A stretch of 64,000 bases of DNA from an uncultured Christensenella sp. (GTDB lineage Bacteria > Bacillota > Clostridia > Christensenellales > UBA1242), in the NCBI GenBank assembly GCA_910584815.1, contig CAJUBT010000005.1, forward strand, positions 21,222-85,221, given 5' to 3'. The notes beneath the pieces were generated by a model. That model was not told where the DNA came from. It was given only the letters and a program-made list of their open reading frames with translations, and ran no database searches. Shown one piece after another: positions 35,359-45,946 of the stretch; position 1 is the first letter of the stretch; every line of letters starts with the position of its first letter. A program made the position numbers and the translations under genes.

Positions 35359-37131
35359 ATGCTAGAAAATATTGATAATAAAGCCACTAGAGGCAGTATA
35401 TCACAAATAATATTAAAAGCTTTGAGTTTAGGCGATAAATATGGCTATGAAATATGTAAAGATATAGAGAGGTTATCTAATGGTAAACTTATTTTAAAAC
35501 AGCCAAGTTTATATAGTTGTTTGAGAAGAATGGAAGAACAAAAACTTATATCTTCTTATTGGAAAGATAGTTTATTAGGTGGTAGAAGACATTATTATTC
35601 TGTTACTGAAAAAGGGAAAAAACAATATGAAGAAAACAAAAGTATATGGAAAACAGATGAAGAACTGTTAAAAAGTTTGCCAGATAGTGAAACTACTTCC
35701 CCATTGAATGATAAATCCAAAACTAATAAAAATTCTACTTCTACTCTTAATTCTAATATTCCTCAAAAAGAAAGCACTTTATATGTTTTAGATCAAGAGA
35801 ATTTATTTAACTTAGCAAGAAAAAAGGATGAAGAAATTAAAAAAATTAATAATGAAACTAATGAGGATGAAAAACATACTTCTTTTTTGCAATTTGATTT
35901 TTTTGAACAAAACATTAAAGTTGTGAAAAAAAATAAAGAGAAAGCTGATGATATACAAGTTTTTACTAATAAATTTTCAGATTTAGATAATCATTCACAA
36001 GAGATTGAGCCAGAAAATTCAATTAAAAACGAGGAATCTAGGGGCAATAGTAGAATAAGTTTATCGGCTATATTAGATAAAGAAATTAAAAGAAATGATA
36101 ATAACAATAATTCAAATATTGCTTCTTCCCTACTTAATAATTCAGAGCCAGAAAAAAAATCTACAGGAAGTAGCATTTTTGCATATTTAAAAAATAATAA
36201 CCAGAATGAAACAGTTAATGATAAAGAATCAAACAAAGATGTTAATATATTAGAACAAAACATAAGTGAAAACATTTACAATAAGGATTTGCTTTCTATG
36301 AAAATTGATGAAAATAGTGATAACTCAGATTTAGAATTTATTAACAATAAAACGGATGATGAATTTAATATTTCTTGGGAAAAAACAGAAGGTGGAGATG
36401 CCCCACTTTTTGATCACGATTATAAATCTGCTATTGGAAAATTATATAATAACTCACAATTAAAAGACCCTTATGAACAAAATAAATTTCAAACATTTAA
36501 AGAAATTTTTCCATCTTCTACTTTAAAAGAAAAAGAACAAACCGCAATTAGACAAACAAAAATTGATGCAGTTATTCAGTCTAGTTCAAATAGCAATATA
36601 GATTGTGATGACATAAGAATGCTTAACAACTTATATAATTTACAAGGATTAAATATAAAAATACACAATAATAATGAAAATAAAAGGCAAAATAAAATAT
36701 ATAGAGATAAAAACAAATTGAATATGATTTGTGCTGGAATTGTTGCTTTTATTGGGCTTGTTGAATTTCTTGTTTGTTTTTTATTACTAGATAAATACAA
36801 TTTATTTTTATCTAGTCAAAGTGTTATTTATATTGTGTGTTCATTATGTCTTCTTCTAGTAGTTCTAGCATTCACAATAAAAAATACTTTTGATAGATAT
36901 AAGTTAATAATCATTAAAAAAAGATATACAAAAGATTTTATAGTTAGTTTACTTGTGTTTTTACTATTGGTAGTTGGAGCTTTTGCAATTAATGTTGCAC
37001 TAGGAATGAATAGTTTAGGTCAAGTTAAATATTTAAGTTATTGGCTAGTTCCTTGTATATTGTTTTCTAATCTTCTTCTTTCACAAGCTGTATATGCTGT
37101 ATTGCTTAAAACGAAATATTTTAACAGTTAA
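35359..37131 (+). CDS. PadR-family winged-helix regulator fused to a long low-complexity linker and a C-terminal multi-TM domain
   Basis: 590 aa. N-terminal ILKALSLGDKYGYEICKDIERLSNGKLILKQPSLYSCLRRMEEQKLISSYW...RRHYYSVTEKGKKQY is PadR-like. About 330 aa of N/S/E/K-rich linker, then 4 TM helices in the last ~150 aa. Confidence 0.75.
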   Translation: MLENIDNKATRGSISQIILKALSLGDKYGYEICKDIERLSNGKLILKQPSLYSCLRRMEEQKLISSYWKDSLLGGRRHYYSVTEKGKKQYEENKSIWKTDEELLKSLPDSETTSPLNDKSKTNKNSTSTLNSNIPQKESTLYVLDQENLFNLARKKDEEIKKINNETNEDEKHTSFLQFDFFEQNIKVVKKNKEKADDIQVFTNKFSDLDNHSQEIEPENSIKNEESRGNSRISLSAILDKEIKRNDNNNNSNIASSLLNNSEPEKKSTGSSIFAYLKNNNQNETVNDKESNKDVNILEQNISENIYNKDLLSMKIDENSDNSDLEFINNKTDDEFNISWEKTEGGDAPLFDHDYKSAIGKLYNNSQLKDPYEQNKFQTFKEIFPSSTLKEKEQTAIRQTKIDAVIQSSSNSNIDCDDIRMLNNLYNLQGLNIKIHNNNENKRQNKIYRDKNKLNMICAGIVAFIGLVEFLVCFLLLDKYNLFLSSQSVIYIVCSLCLLLVVLAFTIKNTFDRYKLIIIKKRYTKDFIVSLLVFLLLVVGAFAINVALGMNSLGQVKYLSYWLVPCILFSNLLLSQAVYAVLLKTKYFNS

Positions 37132-37191
37132 TGATAAGTTTATTTACACTAAATTATATAAGTGTTATAATATCCTATTGGAGATAACAAT

Positions 37192-38133
37192 TTGAGTAAT
37201 GTTGTTTTAAGAGTAAATAATTTAACAAAAAAATTTGGCAAAAGAGTTGCTGTTGACAAAGTCTCCTTTGATGTTTTTGAGGGGGAAATTTTTGGTTTTC
37301 TTGGCCCAAATGGTGCTGGTAAAACTACTACTCTTAGAATGATTGCAGGGCTTGCAAAACCTGATGATGGTACTATTTTAGTTTGTGGTTGTTCGTTAAA
37401 AAATAAGTATGAAAAAGCTATAAGACAAGTTGGTGGAATTATAGAAAATCCAGAGATGTATAAAAATCTTTCTGGATTGGAGAATCTTAAATATTATGCA
37501 AGTTTATATGGAAAAATAAATAGAGAAAGAATAAACCAGGTTGTAGATATTGTAGGGTTAACAAGTAGAATTAAAGATAAAGTAAAATCTTATAGTTTGG
37601 GAATGAAACAAAGGTTAGGTATTGCTCAAGCACTTCTCCACTGCCCTAAATTGCTGATATTAGATGAACCAACTAATGGTTTAGACCCTACAGGCATAAT
37701 TGATATGAGAAGATTTTTGAAAGAAACTGCAATAAAAGAAAATATTGGAATATTAATTTCAAGCCATAATTTATCGGAAATGGAATTAATGTGTGATTCA
37801 ATTGGCATTATAAGCAATGGAAAACTTGAAAATATAAGAACCATAGACCAATTGAAAAAATATAATAACAATCAACAAGTTTACTTAAAAGTTAATTTTC
37901 CAAACTTTGCAGGGAAACTTATAGTTAATAAATTTAATCCAGAAAAGATTACTATAATTAAAGACACATTAACTATTAATATAGGGCACGATAAAATACC
38001 TGAAATAACAACTCTTCTAGTGCAGAATGGAATTGATATCTACTCTGCTTCAGCAGTTGTTAAAACATTAGAAGATGTTTTCTTAGATACTATAAATAGA
38101 AAAGCATTACCTTCACCTTTTACAGACAATTAA
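37192..38133 (+). CDS. ABC transporter ATP-binding protein
   Basis: 313 aa with a TTG start after GGAGA. Walker A GPNGAGKTT, signature YSLGMKQRL, Walker B LLILDEPTNGLD. Confidence 0.92.
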   Translation: MSNVVLRVNNLTKKFGKRVAVDKVSFDVFEGEIFGFLGPNGAGKTTTLRMIAGLAKPDDGTILVCGCSLKNKYEKAIRQVGGIIENPEMYKNLSGLENLKYYASLYGKINRERINQVVDIVGLTSRIKDKVKSYSLGMKQRLGIAQALLHCPKLLILDEPTNGLDPTGIIDMRRFLKETAIKENIGILISSHNLSEMELMCDSIGIISNGKLENIRTIDQLKKYNNNQQVYLKVNFPNFAGKLIVNKFNPEKITIIKDTLTINIGHDKIPEITTLLVQNGIDIYSASAVVKTLEDVFLDTINRKALPSPFTDN

Positions 38134-38162
38134 TTTATTCTTTTAAGGAGAAAAATTAAGAA

Positions 38163-39902
38163 ATGGGAAAAATTTCCAAATTATTTAATGGAGAGTTAAA
38201 AAAAATATTCTTAGGACCTGGAATATTTTTTATGACAGCATTTTTAATTTTGGTGCTAACAATAGCCCCAAAGTTCTTTTCTCCTGTTTCTAAAAGTGAT
38301 TTATCTACCGATTTAACTATTTCTACAACAGATGTTAAAGATGCTTATAATTCTTTTTTGGAATATAAAACAACATATTCAACAGATTTAGAAACAATTA
38401 ATAACAATGTAATAACTCTTATAGATAATAATGCGAATTTTAAAAAGAACTTGGTAGATATTGCTGATGAATTGTTTGCTTTAAGGGTTGATTTTAATGC
38501 TTTAACTCTTGGTAATGATGTTAACACTATGCTAAATTGTTTAAATGCAATGAGTAACAAAGCTAAGGAGTTAGAGACTTTATATCAAAGTTATTTGCAT
38601 AATTATATTTTTCCTGTAATTTTAGTTAATGAGCAATTAGATTTTAATTTAGAATTTGAAATATCTCAGCTTATTAAAATATTGAATAAAGAAGGTAACA
38701 TAACTGATACCTTATTTTATAAAGAAATAGAAGATAATTTATACAATTCTAGCATTGTTACTGTTATAAAAAATTATATAGTTGAAATAGAAAATTTGAC
38801 ATATTCAAATGAAAATTTAGAAAATTTGTTAGATACATATTCATCTGCAAAAACAGAATATAAAGAAAATCTACAAAAACAAATTAGCGAAATTGCAAAC
38901 AAAGCGTATAATGATGAAGATTATAATATTAGCAGGAATAATGTAGACAATGTTGTTAATTTAACATATAAATATATTGCCGCAGATGACAACACTTATA
39001 AAGTTATTGAAAATAGTTTATATCTTGAAATCTCCAGTAAATATTCTGATAGTCAAATAAGCAACTATGTTGGTTTTAGTGATTTTAATTCTTACAAATT
39101 TAATGAGAATTTAACTAAGTATAAATTTCTACTTGAAAATGATATGGTAGATAATGACATCGCGAATATGTTTTCATTCAACACTGCTTCTTCAAGTAAA
39201 ATAAATGCCTTTGATTATATGTTTTTCACTTTGGAAATTGCAAGTGTTTTAATTATAGCATTTACAGTTGTTTTAGGTGCTGGAATGATTGCAAAAGAAT
39301 ATAGCGAAGGTACTATAAAGCTTTTAGTTATGCGTCCTTTTAGAAGAAATAAAATTATTTTTGCAAAAATTTTAGCAACAATGTTTCTAGCATTTATTTT
39401 TGTTATAGTAAGCACCATTATTACTTTAATAACTGGATGCATAATTTATGGTATTTCCTTCCCTGCTATGTTGGTTATATTTAATTCTTCTGTTGCATTT
39501 ACTTTACCTATTTGGCTTGTTTTTATTATTTATCTTGCTAGTCTTATGATTAAAATTTGGATATTTGCATTGCTTGCAATTGCGATATCAACAATTTTTA
39601 AATCTTATATAGCTGCAGTATGTATATCTGCTGGTATTTATATACTAAATATTATTTTAACTTTTGTATCTAGTGGTGCTAATTGGTTGAAATTTAATGT
39701 ATTTGCTAATTTAGATATCTTTAAATATTTTGGAGGCAGTTTTATTGCTAAGGGAACAGAAAACCAAAATTTAACGGCGCTTTTTGCTTCACCAGTTTTT
39801 GCTGACACTTCTATTTGGTTATCTGTAATAATAATCGGTGCTCTTGCCCTATTACTGCATATAATATTATTTACTGTTTTTAAACATAGAGATATAACTT
39901 AA
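38163..39902 (+). CDS. ABC-2-type permease with a large extracytoplasmic N-terminal domain
   Basis: 579 aa. One N-terminal TM, a ~310-aa soluble region, then 5-6 TM helices. Immediately downstream of the ATPase gene. Confidence 0.75.
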   Translation: MGKISKLFNGELKKIFLGPGIFFMTAFLILVLTIAPKFFSPVSKSDLSTDLTISTTDVKDAYNSFLEYKTTYSTDLETINNNVITLIDNNANFKKNLVDIADELFALRVDFNALTLGNDVNTMLNCLNAMSNKAKELETLYQSYLHNYIFPVILVNEQLDFNLEFEISQLIKILNKEGNITDTLFYKEIEDNLYNSSIVTVIKNYIVEIENLTYSNENLENLLDTYSSAKTEYKENLQKQISEIANKAYNDEDYNISRNNVDNVVNLTYKYIAADDNTYKVIENSLYLEISSKYSDSQISNYVGFSDFNSYKFNENLTKYKFLLENDMVDNDIANMFSFNTASSSKINAFDYMFFTLEIASVLIIAFTVVLGAGMIAKEYSEGTIKLLVMRPFRRNKIIFAKILATMFLAFIFVIVSTIITLITGCIIYGISFPAMLVIFNSSVAFTLPIWLVFIIYLASLMIKIWIFALLAIAISTIFKSYIAAVCISAGIYILNIILTFVSSGANWLKFNVFANLDIFKYFGGSFIAKGTENQNLTALFASPVFADTSIWLSVIIIGALALLLHIILFTVFKHRDIT

Positions 39903-39907
39903 AATAT

Positions 39908-39937
39908 AAAAAGAGATTATTTTTTTAATCTCTTTTT
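39908..39937 (+). terminator. Intrinsic terminator after the ABC operon
   Basis: AAAAGAGATTA / TAATCTCTTTT stem followed by a T-run. Confidence 0.65.
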
Positions 39938-40044
39938 TATTAAAAATTTTATTATGTAAGATTTATGTTTTAAAATTTTATAAAACTAATATTTTAAAAT
40001 TTAAAATTTTTTTTATTAATATATAATTTATATTCATTATTTTG

Positions 40045-40479
40045 TTATAGTTTTGATATTTCGTTTCTTGCAATTTCATCGCAAATATTATTATACTTAT
40101 TATCAGCGTGACCTTTTACTTTAATGAAAGTTACTTTATGATAAGATAATAACTCTAACAATTCTAACCATAAATCCTTATTCAAAACAGGCTTTTTTTG
40201 TGAGTTTTTCCAATTATTTAATTGCCAATTTTCAATCCATTTTTGAGTAATTGCGTTACAAACATAGGCAGAATCTGTATATAAATTAACTTCACAGTTT
40301 TCTTTTAAAGTTTTAAGTGCTTCAATAACGGCCATTAATTCCATTCTATTATTAGTGGTGTTTTTATCTCCCCCACTTATTTTTTTTTCTATTCCATTAT
40401 AAATTAGTACTGCTCCGTATCCGCCAGGGCCAGGATTTCCTGAACAAGCACCATCTGTATAAATATCTAACTTTTTCAT
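40045..40479 (-). CDS. rnhA: Ribonuclease HI
   Basis: 144 aa. IYTDGACSGNPGPGGYG, NNRMELMAVIEAL, YTDSAYV and VKGHA...N..D.LA motifs. Confidence 0.92.
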   Translation of the reverse strand: MKKLDIYTDGACSGNPGPGGYGAVLIYNGIEKKISGGDKNTTNNRMELMAVIEALKTLKENCEVNLYTDSAYVCNAITQKWIENWQLNNWKNSQKKPVLNKDLWLELLELLSYHKVTFIKVKGHADNKYNNICDEIARNEISKL

Positions 40480-40597
40480 ATATCATATTATAAATTATAT
40501 TTATGGAAATTCCTAATAAAATAATAAAATAAAACATAAAACTTTGTTTTTATTATTGACTAAATTAAAACTATTATATATAATAATTGTGTTATGT

Positions 40598-40673
40598 AGG
40601 GGAATGGCTCAATTGGTAGAGTAGTGGTCTCCAAAACCATCGGTTGGGGGTTCGAGTCCCTCTTCCCCTGCCA
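40598..40673 (+). tRNA. tRNA-Trp (anticodon CCA)
   Basis: Cloverleaf folded by hand. Acceptor AGGGGAA/TTCCCCT, anticodon loop CTCCAAA, T-loop GGTTCGAGTCC, encoded CCA end. Confidence 0.93.
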
Positions 40674-40680
40674 AAATAAA

Positions 40681-40714
40681 AATTACACAAAATTTTCTTT
40701 GTGTAATTTTTTTT
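40681..40714 (+). terminator. Intrinsic terminator after tRNA-Trp
   Basis: 11-bp stem AATTACACAAA / TTTGTGTAATT followed by TTTTTT. Confidence 0.7.
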
Positions 40715-40754
40715 ATCCTTTCATTATTCATTATTTTTTATGAAATTTTAAATT

Positions 40755-41591
40755 TTATTTAATGCTTTTCATAAACTTATTGAAGTTTTTGTATAATATT
40801 TTATTTATTGACTTATTTTGTAAACCTGCTTTTTTTAATGCCGATTTTAAATTGTTAAATTGGGAGTATGTTTTTAAATCTATTGGCAAATTTTTGGTTC
40901 CATAGAAGTCTGAACCAATACCTATATTTTCATCACCATAATTTCGTACAAAATATGCTAATTGTTTAGCAATTATATTGCTGTCTATTAAATTATTAGA
41001 TATGAAGGTTTGAACAAATGAAAGCCCAATAAAGCCTTTAGAAAGAACTATTTTTTTTATCTGTTCATTATTTATATTTCTTTTATGATTTTTAAAATAA
41101 GATAAATTACAATGTGAATTGTATATTGGTTTAGATGTTATTTGACAAAATTCCCAAAATGTTTTTTCATTCATATGTGCTGTATCTATAATGATATTGT
41201 TTTTTTCTAATTCTTTTATTACTTTTATTCCCAAAGATGTTAAACCACTATTGCCTAATGCCCCACCACCTAAATTATTATCATTATTCCAAACCAAACC
41301 GCACGCAAAAGGTTTTATTTCAATTAACTTATTAATAACAAAAGAAAAATTATTTTTATTAATAAAGCCTAGATCTTCAATACATAGTATTAATTTTTTA
41401 TTTTGCTTTGGTAAGTAGTTGTTTTTTATTTCAGAAATAGTTTGTAAAGGCGTTATTAATTCTGATGTCCAAATAACACAAGCGACATTTCTTATGCTTT
41501 TGTTATTTTTTAAAAGTTTAATGTATTCTTCTTTTTCTTTATCCGTTTTAATTTCTGTTAAAAAATCATTATGAGCATCACATATTTTCAT
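40755..41591 (-). CDS. Dipeptidase, M19 (renal dipeptidase-like) family
   Basis: 278 aa. The N-terminal CDAHNDFL motif and overall TIM-barrel-like pattern resemble family M19. Somewhat short. Confidence 0.55.
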   Translation of the reverse strand: MKICDAHNDFLTEIKTDKEKEEYIKLLKNNKSIRNVACVIWTSELITPLQTISEIKNNYLPKQNKKLILCIEDLGFINKNNFSFVINKLIEIKPFACGLVWNNDNNLGGGALGNSGLTSLGIKVIKELEKNNIIIDTAHMNEKTFWEFCQITSKPIYNSHCNLSYFKNHKRNINNEQIKKIVLSKGFIGLSFVQTFISNNLIDSNIIAKQLAYFVRNYGDENIGIGSDFYGTKNLPIDLKTYSQFNNLKSALKKAGLQNKSINKILYKNFNKFMKSIK

Positions 41592-41802
41592 AATTATATT
41601 TTATGATATGGAGTAAATAATTGTGCGATTATATTTTTAAGTGGTAAAAATTTTATGAGTTATAAAAAATGTTAAAACATAAAAGTTAATTCATTATATT
41701 GTAAAGTTTTTTTTAACTGTTTTTTTCTAAATTTAACAAAATATTATGAGTGCAACATAAATTTTATATTTAGATAAGTAACTTGTTAATTTTAAGTTTT
41801 AT

Positions 41803-41840
41803 TAAATAAAAAGGCATAATAGAATTTTATTCTATTATGC
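41803..41840 (-). terminator. Intrinsic terminator after rny
   Basis: 12-bp perfect stem GCATAATAGAAT / ATTCTATTATGC (41814-41840), followed on the minus strand by TTTTTATTT. Confidence 0.65.
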
Positions 41841-41848
41841 TTAAATTT

Positions 41849-43405
41849 TTATTTTGCTATGTCTATTGCTCTTGTTTCTCTTATAACATTAACTTTTATT
41901 TGACCAGGGTATTGGAGTTCATTTTCTATTTTTCTAGCGATATCTCTTGCTAAAAATACCATAGTTTCATCGTTTACTTCTTCTGGTTTAACCATTATGC
42001 GGATTTCTCTTCCTGCTTGTATAGCATAAGATTTTTCAACACCCTTAAATTCATTTGCAATATTTTCAAGATTTTCAAGTCTTTTTATATAGGCATCTAA
42101 TAATTCTCTTCTTGCTCCAGGTCTACTGCTAGAAATTGCATCTGCTGTTTGAACAATAATAGCTTCTAATGAATTAAATGGAACATCTCCGTGGTGTGCT
42201 TGAATGCAGTGAATAACTTCAGGACTTTCTTTATATTTTTTAGTTACTTCAACACCTAAAGATACGTGAGTGCCCTCTTGTTCGTGGTCTAGTGCTTTGC
42301 CAATATCGTGTAATAATGCACCTCTTTTTGCAATTTTAACATTTGCACCAAGTTCTCCAGCAAGTAACCCAGCAATGTAACAAACTTCTAAACTATGTTT
42401 TAAAGCGTTTTGACCATAACTTGTTCTATATTTTAATTTTCCTAAAATTTTTATAAGTTCTGGATGCAAGTTTAATATTCCAGATTCATATACTGCATTT
42501 TCTCCAGCTTCTTTAATAGATGCTTCAACATCTTTTTGTGCTTTTTCAACAATTTCTTCAATTCTTGCTGGATGAATTCTTCCATCCATAATTAATTTTT
42601 CTAATGCAACTCTTGCAATTTCTCTACGAACAGGGTCAAAGCCAGATAAAACTACAGCCTCTGGGGTGTCATCTATAATAAGGTCTACCCCTGTTGCATT
42701 TTCAATGGCTCTTATGTTTCTGCCTTCTCTTCCAATTATTCTTCCTTTAAGTTCATCATTAGGCAATGGCACAACAGTTACAGTAATTTCAGAAGTTATG
42801 TTAGTTGCACATTTTTGAACTGCTAGGGTTACAATCTCTTTTGCTTTCTTTTCAGCAGAATCCTCAGCTTCTTGTTCCATTTGTCTAATTTTAGTTGCAC
42901 AGTCGTGTTTAGCTTCATCTACAAATTTATCTATAAGTTCTTGTTTAGCTTCATCCTTTGTTAAATGTGCTACTTTTTCTAATTCTTGGGTAATTTTTTC
43001 AGCTGAGTTTTTAAGTTCTTCTTTTTCTTTTTCTAAAGATTGTTCTCTTTCTTTTACTTGATTTAAAGCAACTTCTAATGTTTCAACTTTTTTATCTATA
43101 GTTTCTTCTTTTTTAATTAAAAGTTCTTCTTTTAAAGCTAGCCTGTTTTCAGATTTTGAAATTTCATTATATCTTTCTGCAATTTCAGCATCGCATTTTT
43201 CTTTTAGAGAGTGAACTTCCTCTTTTGCTTCTAGTATTGCTTCTTTTTTGGCAGTTTTTGCCTCAGCATAGGCATTTTCTAAAATTTTAGTTGCATTATT
43301 CTTTGATTGTGCTGTTTTTCTGGCTAACAAAAAATATGTTGCCACTACTCCAACAATAACACAAAGAACACAAGCAACTATAAACCATACAATTGGTATT
43401 TGCAT
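41849..43405 (-). CDS. rny: Ribonuclease Y
   Basis: 518 aa. N-terminal TM, coiled coil, KH domain ([11 protein letters not shown]), HD domain (LLHDIGKA). Confidence 0.95.
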   Translation of the reverse strand: MQIPIVWFIVACVLCVIVGVVATYFLLARKTAQSKNNATKILENAYAEAKTAKKEAILEAKEEVHSLKEKCDAEIAERYNEISKSENRLALKEELLIKKEETIDKKVETLEVALNQVKEREQSLEKEKEELKNSAEKITQELEKVAHLTKDEAKQELIDKFVDEAKHDCATKIRQMEQEAEDSAEKKAKEIVTLAVQKCATNITSEITVTVVPLPNDELKGRIIGREGRNIRAIENATGVDLIIDDTPEAVVLSGFDPVRREIARVALEKLIMDGRIHPARIEEIVEKAQKDVEASIKEAGENAVYESGILNLHPELIKILGKLKYRTSYGQNALKHSLEVCYIAGLLAGELGANVKIAKRGALLHDIGKALDHEQEGTHVSLGVEVTKKYKESPEVIHCIQAHHGDVPFNSLEAIIVQTADAISSSRPGARRELLDAYIKRLENLENIANEFKGVEKSYAIQAGREIRIMVKPEEVNDETMVFLARDIARKIENELQYPGQIKVNVIRETRAIDIAK

Positions 43406-43594
43406 ATTGCTTTTGTTCCTTTTATATATTTATATTTATCAAAATTTAATAAGAAATATTTTATTAAATACTTACAATCTTTGACAATTATATTTTAACA
43501 AGGTTATATCTTTATGTCAACAAAATATTATTAATGCTAGGTTATAAAATAAAAAACCATATTATAATGTGAAAAAATAATATGGTTTTTTATT

Positions 43595-44755
43595 TTAGTT
43601 TTTAATATCAATAATTTCTATATTTTTGATTGCTTCATTAATTAATTCATTAACTTCTAACAATGCTTCATTTTTTTCTAATTTTTCTATTTTAGGGTGT
43701 GTTACTGGGTTTTCAGGTAAAAATACGCTACAGCAATCTTCATAAGGTAAAATAGAAGTTTCATATGTTCCAATTTTTTCTGCGATATTAGTAATTTCAA
43801 TTTTATCAAAGCTAATTAATGGTCTAAAAATGGGTAATTGTTTAGACATTTGGTTAGTAACTGTGATACTTTCTACCGTTTGACTAGCCACTTGGGCAAG
43901 ATTTTCACCTGTTATTAGCGCTGAACAATTATTTTGTATTGCTACTTTTTCTGCTATACGCATCATAAAACGCCTTACTAAAGTAACCATATATTCGCTA
44001 TCGCAATTTTTATGAATTTCTTCTTGAATTTTGGTAAATGGAACAACAAAAAGGCGGATATCTCCTGTGTATTTTTTAATAATATTAGCAAGATCTATCA
44101 CTTTTTGCTTTGCTTGTGGACTTGTGTAAGGAAAACTATAAAAGTGTATTGCGTTTAAACATAATCCTCTTTTTGCCATAAGAAAGCCTGCAACAGAACT
44201 ATCAATACCACCACTTAAAAGTAACATAGCTTTGCCAGAGGTACTAACTGGCATACCACCAAGGCAAGTAATTTTATTGTAAAATATATATGTCCTTAAA
44301 TTTTGCCTTACCTCTATAAATATAATTTGTTGAGGGTTATGAACATCTACTTTTGTGTTAGGGTTATTTTTTAAAATAATTTCTCCCATTTTTGCCGATA
44401 ATTCATAAGATTTCAAATTAAAAGTTTTATCTGCACGCTTTGTTTCCACTTTAAATGTGGGTTCAGTAATATTAATAGTTTCACAAACTGTTGAAATATT
44501 TTCTAAGCTAGTTTCAACTTCGTATGCAAGACTTATAGAAACAATTCCAAAAACGGTTTTAAGTTTTGAAATTATAAGTTCTTTATCTTGTTCTGAGAAA
44601 TTGCTTACAAGAAATCTTCCTGATATTTTTTCTAAAGATAGATTAATTCCTTTAAATCTCCTTTTAATATTTTTAAAAAGAGTGTTTTCAAAAAAGGAAT
44701 AGTTTTTTCCTTTTAAAAATATTTCGCCGTATCTTATTAAAATTACTTCTTTCAT
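43595..44755 (-). CDS. thiI: tRNA 4-thiouridine synthase ThiI
   Basis: 386 aa. THUMP-type N-terminus and PP-loop LLLSGGIDSSVA. Confidence 0.9.
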   Translation of the reverse strand: MKEVILIRYGEIFLKGKNYSFFENTLFKNIKRRFKGINLSLEKISGRFLVSNFSEQDKELIISKLKTVFGIVSISLAYEVETSLENISTVCETINITEPTFKVETKRADKTFNLKSYELSAKMGEIILKNNPNTKVDVHNPQQIIFIEVRQNLRTYIFYNKITCLGGMPVSTSGKAMLLLSGGIDSSVAGFLMAKRGLCLNAIHFYSFPYTSPQAKQKVIDLANIIKKYTGDIRLFVVPFTKIQEEIHKNCDSEYMVTLVRRFMMRIAEKVAIQNNCSALITGENLAQVASQTVESITVTNQMSKQLPIFRPLISFDKIEITNIAEKIGTYETSILPYEDCCSVFLPENPVTHPKIEKLEKNEALLEVNELINEAIKNIEIIDIKN

Positions 44756-44765
44756 TAATTTCCCC

Positions 44766-45923
44766 TTATGTGTTAATATTAAGCAAATAATTTTTTAATT
44801 CTAAAATAAGTGTATCTATTTCTTGCTTTGTGTTTTTAGGATTAAAACTAATTCGTACTGACCCCATAATTTCATTTTTGTTAAAACCTATGCTTTCTAA
44901 TATTCTATTACCAACTTTGTTTGAAGAACAAGCAGAGCCAGTTCCGATATAAATGTTTTTACTATCAAGGTAATTCATTATTGTTTCTCCCCTATTTCCA
45001 TTAAATATTATACTGTTAATATAAGGAGAACAATAATTATTAGAAACAATAATAATTTTATTATTAATATTTTTTATTTTAAAAAGTTCATTATTTAATT
45101 CTATTAACTTTAATGTTAAATAATTATTTAATTCTTTAACATTTTCATAGTTTTGTTCCAAATTATCAAAAACGATTTGTGCTGCTTTTGAGAAAGATAA
45201 AATTCCAGCTGGGTTAACTGTACCTGACCTTATTGTAAATTCTTGATTTCCACCATAGTTTATGTTTTTTATTTTTGTTCGAGATGAAACATATAACGCA
45301 CCTATCCCTTTTATGCCACCAATTTTATGTGCTGAGATAGAACACAAATCTACCTTAGAAGTTAAAACAGAAAATTTAATTTTACCAAACCCTTGAACTG
45401 CATCTATATGTAAAACACAATTAGGAGATTTTTTATCTAGAATTTTTCTTATTTTAGTAATATCATTAATAGCTCCAGTTTCATTACTTACAAGCATTGC
45501 AGAAACAAAACAGGTGTCTGGTGTGCATAAAAATTCTAATTCTTCATAATTGATTTGCCCATTTTTACTAAGCCCAATAAATTGTACATCATAACCTCTA
45601 TTTTTAAGTTCACAAGCACAATTATAAACAGAGGGATGTTCACCCATAGAAAAAATGTATCTTTTTTGTTTATTAACTGCAGAACCAAAAATTGCCAAGT
45701 TATTAGATTCTGTAGCACCCGAAGTGAAGATTATTTTATCGGTTGCCTCTCCACCTAAAAGATTTATAAATTGTTGCCTTATTTGATTAATTTCATTTGA
45801 TAGAGATAGTGCAACAGAATAAGAAGCCGAAGGATTAAAATATCTTTCGGCATTTATTTTATTAAAAATTTCTAAACTTTCTTTATTTGGTTTTGTGGTT
45901 GCAGCATTGTCTAAATAAATCAT
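44766..45923 (-). CDS. Cysteine desulfurase (NifS/IscS-like, class V aminotransferase)
   Basis: 385 aa. PLP-lysine motif SISAHKIGG and C-terminal active-site GSACSS. Adjacent to thiI. Confidence 0.88.
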   Translation of the reverse strand: MIYLDNAATTKPNKESLEIFNKINAERYFNPSASYSVALSLSNEINQIRQQFINLLGGEATDKIIFTSGATESNNLAIFGSAVNKQKRYIFSMGEHPSVYNCACELKNRGYDVQFIGLSKNGQINYEELEFLCTPDTCFVSAMLVSNETGAINDITKIRKILDKKSPNCVLHIDAVQGFGKIKFSVLTSKVDLCSISAHKIGGIKGIGALYVSSRTKIKNINYGGNQEFTIRSGTVNPAGILSFSKAAQIVFDNLEQNYENVKELNNYLTLKLIELNNELFKIKNINNKIIIVSNNYCSPYINSIIFNGNRGETIMNYLDSKNIYIGTGSACSSNKVGNRILESIGFNKNEIMGSVRISFNPKNTKQEIDTLILELKNYLLNINT

Positions 45924-45946
45924 TTTTGTACCTTAAAATTTAAAGA

